38,972 nt of DNA, taken from IMG/VR virus record IMGVR_UViG_3300032277_002987, positions 1 through 38,972 of that record. One strand, 5' to 3'. Positions 18,563 to 25,832 of the stretch are shown here, piece by piece. A program made the translations under genes and the position numbers. Source of the DNA: a virus (taxonomy: Duplodnaviria > Caudoviricetes). The notes below the pieces were generated by a model, which saw nothing but the letters and a program-made list of their open reading frames with translations, was not told the DNA's origin and searched no databases. How positions within the stretch are numbered: position 1 is the first letter of the stretch; every line of letters starts with the position of its first letter.

Positions 18563-18598
18563 ATGGACACCGTGGACATGGTGGACACCGTGGACAAC
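18563..18598. repeat. Four tandem 9-bp repeats upstream of the head operon
   Basis: ATGGACACC GTGGACATG GTGGACACC GTGGACAAC. Confidence 0.85.
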
Positions 18599-18829
18599 TA
18601 TTTTAGAAATGTTGATGTTTTTCTAGTAATCACGCAAGACAGCCACTCCGTTTCATTAGAATAGGGTGGCTGTTGTATCTTTCGGTGCAATTGGATTTAT
18701 CGAATACCGGGGCTCTGCCAAACATTAAAAGGTGCCGGGCCCCCTCAGAGATTTCTAGGGTGGTTTTGAGTTACTTGTGGTGGGATGAATCGAATGTGGT
18801 GGTTTAAGCAATTACCTGCGGAGAGTTGT

Positions 18830-19300
18830 TCATTCTTTTCCTGGTTTAAATTTCAGCTCGTTTGCTGCGGCCTTTAGTTCTGCGTAGTTATTTGCAACTT
18901 TTCCGTTACTTATCATCCATTTGAAAACGCGGTAAACATCTGTCTTTGCGCCATCCTGCCTGAGGCAGGTCGAATCATTCAGCCAAGCATAGACAATTGA
19001 CTTATCCGTCGAAGAAAATTGGAAAAAAAGCCTATAGCGATCAGGTAAACCGCCTTTAACTCTTCTCCAGGATTTATGCCGGTCGCCAAGTGTGCCACCA
19101 AGTCGAAAGTTTTTGTGATTTGGGTCCGCAGGTACAGTTTGACCAATCGCGATTCGGACCCTTTTTAGAAACTTAGATTTTTGGTGGTGTACGTATCCTA
19201 CAGGGTCTGCAGTTTGCAGCGCTTGGACGTCTCGAATGAGATCGCGAAGAATTTCTTCGAAAAGATGAAATTGATGTAGCCCCCACCCGTTAACCTGCAT
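18830..19300 (-). CDS. yhaV: Type II toxin, YhaV family (RelE-superfamily RNase)
   Basis: VNGW start, VPADP...FRLGGTLG...WRRVK...RYRLFFQFSS...IVYAWLND...LR...DVYRVF YhaV signature. Start set to ATG 19300. Confidence 0.88.
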   Translation of the reverse strand: MQVNGWGLHQFHLFEEILRDLIRDVQALQTADPVGYVHHQKSKFLKRVRIAIGQTVPADPNHKNFRLGGTLGDRHKSWRRVKGGLPDRYRLFFQFSSTDKSIVYAWLNDSTCLRQDGAKTDVYRVFKWMISNGKVANNYAELKAAANELKFKPGKE

Positions 19301-19304
19301 GGAT

Positions 19305-20180
19305 CTATAACTCCACGTCGGCAACAAGTGAGTCAATCAGTGCCATTGTTTCTTCTGAAAGGGGTGTTACCTCTCTGCCAGCCTGAATCTCTTTCCCAAC
19401 ATGCAGCATTGCCTGCTCTAATGCTTCATCTACTAAACTAATATGTAATGTTTCCATGATAGCCCCCTTAATTTTTAATTTGGTGAGTTCTTTTTCAATC
19501 TCGTAATCCAAATCAAAAACATCTACATCATCAAATGGAAATGAATATTCATATGAAATGAATGGGTCAACCCCATCAGAAACTACTCTCACCTGACATG
19601 AAACACCATAGACACCATGTGCGTGGAACAGGTTAGCTACCGCAATAACGACTGCAGATAAATCATTATCCGACAACCCATTTTGACTGATACATTCGGC
19701 AGCAGGGGTAAGAAAACCGTCGAAATCAAAAAGTTCTTTCAATTCAATTCTAGCTTCTTGAGGTATCTGCTGTGCGACAGCATAAGCTTCAGAAATCCTA
19801 CCACACTCAATTGAACGGTAAACAAGGGCGACTGCGATTTGCGGTTCTGGGTCACGCTCAAAAGTTTCTCTGATCTGTTCATAGCATTTTTGGACAAAGC
19901 CAAGGCGCCCAAGGGATGCGGCGTAATTGGCAAAAGCGTTCGGATTATTGCCGGAAGAGGTAATCCCATTTTGGTGGAATTTGTGCATCGCCTCAATATC
20001 CCGTTCAAGGCAAGCGATCGCACCCAGAACGTAATACGCGGCTGAAGGATCATCCCGGAGGAACGCTTCAGCGTCCTTTTTGAACCTGGCCAGTTTAAAA
20101 TAGTTTTTAGGATCAGAAAAACCCATACCATTCAACTGTTCAATGATTTCATCTGATTTTGTTTTTGGAACAGGACACAT
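19305..20180 (-). CDS. TPR-like protein with C-terminal PrlF-like antitoxin segment
   Basis: Helical TPR-like repeats (AYYVLGAIAC, AFANYAASLGRLG). The last 41 aa resemble the PrlF toxin-binding tail. Ends 4 nt before yhaV. Confidence 0.65.
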   Translation of the reverse strand: MCPVPKTKSDEIIEQLNGMGFSDPKNYFKLARFKKDAEAFLRDDPSAAYYVLGAIACLERDIEAMHKFHQNGITSSGNNPNAFANYAASLGRLGFVQKCYEQIRETFERDPEPQIAVALVYRSIECGRISEAYAVAQQIPQEARIELKELFDFDGFLTPAAECISQNGLSDNDLSAVVIAVANLFHAHGVYGVSCQVRVVSDGVDPFISYEYSFPFDDVDVFDLDYEIEKELTKLKIKGAIMETLHISLVDEALEQAMLHVGKEIQAGREVTPLSEETMALIDSLVADVEL

Positions 20181-20421
20181 ATTTTCTTCCCAAGTTTGGG
20201 GCAAAAATTAAGCGGCGGTGTGTAAATGATACTACCAGCACAATAAAATATCTACCCGCAGACAAAATTAGCCCCACCAAAAAAAATGGCAGAGCCCACA
20301 TTCGTCCCCTTTGATATGCCACTCTTAGTCCATATCGACCATTTAAGTCAAGAATTTAAGCCAAATTAGGACTTCTGCATGAGTTAGTCATGCCAACCCA
20401 GACCTGCGGAATCATCTACCA

Positions 20422-21168
20422 TCAATCACTACTCCCCAACGCCACGCCCCAAACATACATTGAACCACTCTGCCCTTTAACCAGGTATTCACACTTCTTA
20501 AGTTTTTTGCTGAGCCAGATCCGTGAGGGTACGGGGGCTGGATCGCTGCCCTGGTGGGCGAAGTAGTATTGCTGGAAATGGGCATAGAGCGTTGCGAACA
20601 AAATCTTTTTGTCTTCGGCAGGTTGCAGGCAGGGCACCCATTCGGCGAAGACCTTTTCGGCAAAATCACTCGTGACCGGGCCATCGACCACAATGCCGCT
20701 CATGTCAATGCCGGTGAGGCGTTCGACCAGCTCGATTCCGGCGGCGTTGGGTTTCATCACCAGCTTGGTGAGATCGAGAGTGTAGCGGATATCCAAACCT
20801 TCGGGGGCATTGGTGCGGCGGCTATGGTTGATCTCTATTCTGCGGCGTTCGCCCTGGCCTTCGATCAGCGCTTGTTCCATGGCGTTGAAAGCGGCGATGA
20901 ACTTTTCTTTGAACTCGGCGGCCTTCTTGCCGGTGAAGCCCATAGCCAACCAGACAAAGCCATCGCGGGTGATGTTGAACATAGGCCGAAGCTCACCTTT
21001 TGAGTCCTTGTAAGCAACCGGCTCAAAATTGAGCCGGTTAAACTCTTCCGAACATTCAAGGCTTGCAATATCACGCAGAATATTCTTGTGCTGCTTTTCG
21101 AACGCCTCGGCGATCAGCAATGATGAGGTGGTGGCTTTGTTTTCGGAGATGGTAACCAGAGCTTCCAT
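20422..21168 (-). CDS. rha: Rha family phage regulatory protein with C-terminal winged-helix domain
   Basis: TTSSLLIAEAFEKQHKNILRDI...ITRDGFVWLAMGFTGKKAAEFKEKFIAAFNAME is the Rha domain. Start set to ATG 21168 (TAATG overlap). Confidence 0.9.
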   Translation of the reverse strand: MEALVTISENKATTSSLLIAEAFEKQHKNILRDIASLECSEEFNRLNFEPVAYKDSKGELRPMFNITRDGFVWLAMGFTGKKAAEFKEKFIAAFNAMEQALIEGQGERRRIEINHSRRTNAPEGLDIRYTLDLTKLVMKPNAAGIELVERLTGIDMSGIVVDGPVTSDFAEKVFAEWVPCLQPAEDKKILFATLYAHFQQYYFAHQGSDPAPVPSRIWLSKKLKKCEYLVKGQSGSMYVWGVALGSSD

Positions 21169-21374
21169 TATTCTCCCCCTGCGCTTTTCAGAATGTTCAG
21201 CATTGTGACTTGCTGGTTTTTGATTGCAGTCAGGAGTTCGATGATTGCAGGCATTGATGATGTCGGAGCAGCTTCTGAGAGTAACTGTCTGATTTTGTTT
21301 ATCTTGGTGAGGTGGGACGGTTCGGTTGGTAGCTGACGGTAGTGATCGAGCTGGATGACTTGGGCTGTGGGCAT
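21168..21374 (-). CDS. 68-aa hypothetical protein in the C4-controlled operon (icd/kil position)
   Basis: AAGGAG SD; MPTAQVIQLDHYR; stop codon overlaps the rha start. Confidence 0.65.
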   Translation of the reverse strand: MPTAQVIQLDHYRQLPTEPSHLTKINKIRQLLSEAAPTSSMPAIIELLTAIKNQQVTMLNILKSAGGE

Positions 21375-21397
21375 GGCTTTTCTCCTTTGACTGGGAT

Positions 21398-21583
21398 TCA
21401 AAGCCCTCCTTTGCGCTTCCAAACGCAAAAGAGGGCGACCGTGCGGGTTGGAAGACCGGCGTCAAAGGAGACCGGCGGGCCCGAAGGCCCCCCGCACGGC
21501 CGCCCAGACAAAACTGATTGGCCATGCTGTGGATACAAAAATACCACTGGCAATGCTGCAGTGGCGGTATCCGCCTTTAACAT
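21398..21583 (-). CDS. Ash-family-like ORF overlapping the C4 RNA and its targets (may be non-coding)
   Basis: GRPCGGPSGPPVSFDAGLPTRTVA resembles Ash-family sequences, whose conservation can reflect the underlying RNA. Confidence 0.35.
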   Translation of the reverse strand: MLKADTATAALPVVFLYPQHGQSVLSGRPCGGPSGPPVSFDAGLPTRTVALFCVWKRKGGL

Positions 21584-21620
21584 TTGGGCTTCCAAACCCG
21601 GTTGCTGATTTTGCAGCAAC
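21529..21620 (-). ncRNA. C4/CI-type antisense immunity RNA (P1 C4 / P4 CI / N15 CA-like)
   Basis: GTTGCTG-CAAAAT-CAGCAAC then CGGGT-TTGGAA-GCCC hairpins, and a third stem ending GGTATTTTTGTATCC. Complementary CTTCCAA target downstream; strong promoter upstream. Confidence 0.75.
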
Positions 21621-21626
21621 GGGTAA

Positions 21627-21655
21627 AGCCTAACCGAAGGCGGATGTTGTGTCAA
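21627..21655 (-). promoter_or_regulatory. Sigma70 promoter of the C4-rha operon
   Basis: TTGACA (21655-21650), 17 nt, TAGGCT (21632-21627). Confidence 0.75.
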
Positions 21656-21723
21656 AGGCAATTTGTGTTTTCCTTTTTTGTGCTGTAGATTGGCTCAATT
21701 GTATTTGCCATGGAGGGGCCCCA

Positions 21724-22410
21724 ATGCTTAGTTTTCTAAAGCGTCTACTTAACAAACCTGCAAAATCTACCAACATCAAAGTCACCGCTGTCGACAAAGA
21801 AAGAGCCCCAAGTAAAGAACCAACGCCAGCGGCGAAACCAGCCAAACCCAAATACAAGAACGGCAACGAAAAACCACCCAGCACAAGGCAGCGCGCAGAG
21901 TGTGATGCCGTCGGTTTAACCATTAGACCGAACATGACCAGCCGCGATGTTTGGCAAATGCTCAATGATGCGGTTAAAGACCCAAAGTACAAAGCCCTTC
22001 TGGATAAGCACTATGCCTACGATAACGCCCTTTCGGAAGACGATGACCGGTTCGAATACGGCAATGTACTCATTGATGAACTGAACAAGTGGGAAGAAAT
22101 TTGCTACCCGGGCCAATACCTCGTGACCTACAAAAAGGGTAAAATTCTGCGCTCTGACATTATTGAATTTGAACGCGCAGAACTTAACGAATCAGTTCAG
22201 AAGCCTTACGTTGAAATTGAAGCCTCACTACCAAAAATCAGAAAACCTCGAAATGAAGACCCCCATCTTGACTGGGATAAAGAAATTACCTTCAAGCCAA
22301 AGCAGATTCTTGAACTTAAAAAATTACCTCAAGAAATTGATATGTTCGATATCGATGGGTATGAACAAACCCTACTCGAAGCAAAAAAAACAGAAGCTAA
22401 GTATCTATAA
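21724..22410 (+). CDS. Hypothetical moron protein
   Basis: GGAGG SD, AT-rich, opposite strand to the virion genes. Small helical PPSTRQ...GLTIRPNMT module. Confidence 0.7.
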   Translation: MLSFLKRLLNKPAKSTNIKVTAVDKERAPSKEPTPAAKPAKPKYKNGNEKPPSTRQRAECDAVGLTIRPNMTSRDVWQMLNDAVKDPKYKALLDKHYAYDNALSEDDDRFEYGNVLIDELNKWEEICYPGQYLVTYKKGKILRSDIIEFERAELNESVQKPYVEIEASLPKIRKPRNEDPHLDWDKEITFKPKQILELKKLPQEIDMFDIDGYEQTLLEAKKTEAKYL

Positions 22411-22433
22411 CCTTAGTTCATCAGGAGGAAACG

Positions 22434-22865
22434 ATGGTTGACCTGACCATGGTCGCAAGTGCCTTAAGTGGAATCAAAAATGCCACAGATATTGCCCAGT
22501 TTCTGAAAGGGGCAAATGCTTCACTAGACAAGGCCGAAACTAAGCTAAAAATTGCTGAACTGATATCTGCACTTGCCGATGCCAAAATAGCTATCGCCGA
22601 TGTTAAAGAAGTTATTCTTGGAAAAGACCAGAGAATTAGCGAGTTAGAACAACAACAAAGCATAAAAAGTAAAATGGTATTTGAGCTGCCATATTACTGG
22701 GTTGAAGATACTAACCGTAAAGAGGGTCCGTATTGCCAGCAGTGTTATGACAACGACAATAAGCTGATCCGTTTACAATGCCCCGACAATGATGGTTTCT
22801 GGGAATGCAAAACATGCAACAACCACTATCAGGACAAGACTGTCGACTCAAGCACGTGGAGCTAA
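22434..22865 (+). CDS. Coiled-coil plus zinc-ribbon hypothetical protein
   Basis: AGGAGG SD; N-terminal coiled coil; GPYCQQC...ECKTC zinc ribbon. Confidence 0.8.
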   Translation: MVDLTMVASALSGIKNATDIAQFLKGANASLDKAETKLKIAELISALADAKIAIADVKEVILGKDQRISELEQQQSIKSKMVFELPYYWVEDTNRKEGPYCQQCYDNDNKLIRLQCPDNDGFWECKTCNNHYQDKTVDSSTWS

Positions 22866-22997
22866 AAACTGGTCTTGCATAATTTAGTGGGCCAGACCCC
22901 GACAAAAGAATTGCCTCATCTTAATTAGCACCTTTTAGGTTGATTTCACCTGCCCCCATGCACCACAATGTTCTTGAGGGGCTGTATAGCCACTCAT

Positions 22998-23039
22998 AAA
23001 GCCCGGTCACCCCCCCCCACCGTGACCGGGCTTTTCTTT
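22998..23039 (+). terminator. Rho-independent terminator (possibly bidirectional)
   Basis: AAAGCCCGGTCAC-loop-GTGACCGGGCTTTTCTTT between convergent genes. Confidence 0.85.
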
Positions 23040-23060
23040 ATCCGCAAGGTCAAATCACCC

Positions 23061-23291
23061 CTACACCCCAACCTCAATCAAACACCCACGCTGATAAGCC
23101 TCCACCACCTGACGCGGCACACAGATTCCGCGCTTTTTACCGAAGCGGAAAGCTGGTGTCAACTCACCGCTGTCAATCAGGTTATAGACATGCTGCCTGC
23201 TGCACGGCCCGCCATTGGCACCGGGGATCAGGCGGGTGATCTCACCGACGGTGATCATCTCTTGGCGTTTGAAGATCTGCTTTGTTTCCAT
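23061..23291 (-). CDS. Excisionase/MerR-like HTH DNA-binding protein
   Basis: ITVGEI...CSRQHVYNLIDSGELTPAFRFG...ICVP HTH_17-like pattern; AGGAGG SD. Confidence 0.8.
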   Translation of the reverse strand: METKQIFKRQEMITVGEITRLIPGANGGPCSRQHVYNLIDSGELTPAFRFGKKRGICVPRQVVEAYQRGCLIEVGV

Positions 23292-23296
23292 CAGTG

Positions 23297-25294
23297 CTAC
23301 CTCCTGTTAAACCATGTTGGCAGGCGACTAACCGTTTGACCGGTCGACGCGGCATTGGATGTTTGTTTATGAGGTTCGGGCGCTGCTTCTTTGGGTTTCA
23401 CCAGCCGACCCTGCATTTTGAGCAATTCTATATGAAACATGCGGTATGTGGCGCAGTCGGCGTAGTCGTTACGCCCGGCGTTTTTGTCGTGGTGCCACAC
23501 CAACAGCTCATCGCGGTACTCGGAGCAGAGGTGTTTGGCGTAGTCTTCGAGTTCGTTGGCTGGCAAAATGCCGCTGTTTTTTTGCTGTTCAAGCTGGCCT
23601 TGCGTGTATCCGGAATAGAGCACGAACGCGCCGGGGTCATCGATACTGATCGCCAGACGGCGCGCGAGTTCGTCTTTGAAGTAGTGGACATCCATCACCA
23701 CCAGAATCAGCCCGCCGGGAATCGGCTTGTTGGTGCCGGGCCAGCGGTCGAGGGTGGTGTACTTGACCGGTGTGTCTTTGCGGCCGGTCCCCTTGACCGG
23801 GATAAACATGGGGTTAGCCTTGCAGAATTCGTAGACTTCTTTGGTGCGCGAATGCTTAGGCGGCATACCAGCCTTGCGCGTGCCACCGGAGTCGATGAGG
23901 GCGGATTGAATGCGGTACTCTTTTTTATCGACATCGGTCCAGGTGCGCCCGGACAGGGTGAGCAGATCGGCGAAGTTGAGCAGGTAGCCTTTGCTGATCA
24001 GGTGCGAGGTTCCGGCATCACCGTAGGCGATGGCGGCGAGTTCGTAATAGAAGCCTTCTTGCTGGGTATCGACCTGCAGGGCGAGGGCGGCGGTGCCGGT
24101 GGGGACCAGATCACGCGGGCGGTCATCGCAAAGGGCCAGGACGGCTTCATGACTAGCGACAGCTTTGGGTAGTTCGTAGTCGATGGCTTTAATACCGTGG
24201 GCCAGATCGCGCTGCGCTGAGACATCACCCTGTTTTGCCTTGAGTATGGCGATGGCGATATCGACCAACGGCACATCTGGCAGGGGGAATGCCGGCAGTA
24301 GGAATCCGACATCTACCGGGCGGGCGATATCTGCACCTTTGATGCAGACCCATTCGCCGGTATAAGCCTGTCCGCGTTTTTCTTCATCCCAACAACTTCC
24401 ACAGGCGCAGCTGTATTCAATGCAAGTTGGATCTGACTTGATGCTTTCGACGGTGGCGCCTTCGGGGATGCTGACATGATCGACATCCATGACGATCAGT
24501 TCGTCACAGTCGGGGCAGCGGGCCGCGCCGGTCCAGACTTGCACGCAGGCCATGGTCATTTTGTAGATATATTTACCTGCCGGGGTGCTGCAGAAAAAGT
24601 TTTTGGCGATGCGCTGCTTGGTGCGGGTTCGCTTTTTGATACGGGTGATGGGGTCAGCTTCTTTTCCGACCATCTTCATCTTGTCGACTTCATCGCTGAA
24701 GGTGTAACGGGCGGCAAAGGTAGCGGTGGAGGTTGTTGATCCGGAATAGGATGGCTGGATGGCCATGCCGTCGCTAAAGGTGACCAGACCAAGGGCGGTA
24801 TCATCTGCGCGGGCACTGAGGTGTTTGGATACACGTTCTGATTCTTTGAGCATGGGGATCAACTTACGCCGCATGATGTTGTCAGATGAAGTTTCATCGG
24901 GCATCTGATAAAAGATGTTGCCCGGGGCTTGATCGCGTACCCAAAAAATACAGCTGAGCATGGTGTTGGTTTTACTGGCCTGATCGACGCCACAAAAACA
25001 GACTTCACGCACCCAGGGCTGCGCCCAGGTGTCCATGACCTTGGGGGCATGTTTGGCAAACTCGATGCGGTAGGCACCGGGGTTGGCTTCGGCAGCGGGC
25101 ATGCGGCGGAACTTGACCGAGAGTTCGCTGGGGGTCATCTTCTTGGCTTTGGTGCAGCGCCGCCGCACGGGTCGCGGAATGTGCAACTGCACGAGCTGAC
25201 CGGATGCGGCTGTGCGCCAGCTGCGCGGTAACCAGATTGGCAGTTGTTGCGGGGCCTTGTTGACCAGCTGGATCTGGACGGCGGTGTTAGTCAT
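23297..25294 (-). CDS. Terminase large subunit (lambda gpA family)
   Basis: DQASKT Walker A-like, SDEVD Walker B, CSTP, CPDC, VDTQ, IDSGG, PVKG, RNDYADC. Start set to ATG 25294. Confidence 0.93.
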   Translation of the reverse strand: MTNTAVQIQLVNKAPQQLPIWLPRSWRTAASGQLVQLHIPRPVRRRCTKAKKMTPSELSVKFRRMPAAEANPGAYRIEFAKHAPKVMDTWAQPWVREVCFCGVDQASKTNTMLSCIFWVRDQAPGNIFYQMPDETSSDNIMRRKLIPMLKESERVSKHLSARADDTALGLVTFSDGMAIQPSYSGSTTSTATFAARYTFSDEVDKMKMVGKEADPITRIKKRTRTKQRIAKNFFCSTPAGKYIYKMTMACVQVWTGAARCPDCDELIVMDVDHVSIPEGATVESIKSDPTCIEYSCACGSCWDEEKRGQAYTGEWVCIKGADIARPVDVGFLLPAFPLPDVPLVDIAIAILKAKQGDVSAQRDLAHGIKAIDYELPKAVASHEAVLALCDDRPRDLVPTGTAALALQVDTQQEGFYYELAAIAYGDAGTSHLISKGYLLNFADLLTLSGRTWTDVDKKEYRIQSALIDSGGTRKAGMPPKHSRTKEVYEFCKANPMFIPVKGTGRKDTPVKYTTLDRWPGTNKPIPGGLILVVMDVHYFKDELARRLAISIDDPGAFVLYSGYTQGQLEQQKNSGILPANELEDYAKHLCSEYRDELLVWHHDKNAGRNDYADCATYRMFHIELLKMQGRLVKPKEAAPEPHKQTSNAASTGQTVSRLPTWFNRR

Positions 25295-25832
25295 CGATAA
25301 CCTCAAATTCACGTTCGCTGACGACATCTTTGACGGCATCGGTCAGCGCGGTGGTGTGCAGATCGGTGAGGCTTTGCGAGAATTCAGCTGCGCGGGAGAT
25401 TTCACCGCCGCAGATATAAATCAATTTAGTCAGACTGAGAGTGGTTTGCTGCTCGAGCGCTTCGATGATGGCACCGGCGAAAGCGGCCATCTGTTGATGG
25501 TGGTCGACAACCTCCATCCAGTTTTCATCTTCTTTGCGACCTTTGCGTTCGGCGGCTTCGGTTTCGGCTTTCAACTTACGCAGTTCATAGGCTGATTTTT
25601 CACGGGCCTGGCTGTCATCGACCATTGATTGGTTGTTTCCGGGATCTATCTCGAACTTTCTGCGCACGTAGCTAACCAGATCGACCAGCAGCACTGTCTT
25701 GTCGGACTGCACCATGTTTTTGGCGATGCAGTCGGTGTAAAACTGCGCTTTCTTCACCGGGTAGTTCCCGGGCTGGATAAACTTGGCAAAAGCCTCGGCG
25801 CGGGTCTTATAGGCTTGCTGAATTTCGCTCAT
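25287..25832 (-). CDS. Terminase small subunit (Nu1-like)
   Basis: Directly upstream of terL; ELRKLKAETEAAERK coiled coil typical of Nu1. Confidence 0.7.
   Translation of the reverse strand: MSEIQQAYKTRAEAFAKFIQPGNYPVKKAQFYTDCIAKNMVQSDKTVLLVDLVSYVRRKFEIDPGNNQSMVDDSQAREKSAYELRKLKAETEAAERKGRKEDENWMEVVDHHQQMAAFAGAIIEALEQQTTLSLTKLIYICGGEISRAAEFSQSLTDLHTTALTDAVKDVVSEREFEVIDD

Noticed and set aside
18563-18598. Tandem repeats as a CRISPR or mini-array
   Set aside because: 9-bp units with no spacers; no cas genes in the window.
21169-21525. N-terminal 119-aa extension of Rha given by the ORF track (20422..21525)
   Set aside because: It runs through the C4 target RNA and overlaps a better-supported 68-aa gene. 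The Rha domain begins at ATG 21168, which has an SD and stop/start coupling.
23061-23291. Excisionase marking an att/integrase module
   Set aside because: No integrase or att-like repeat nearby; position after terL favours a regulatory role.
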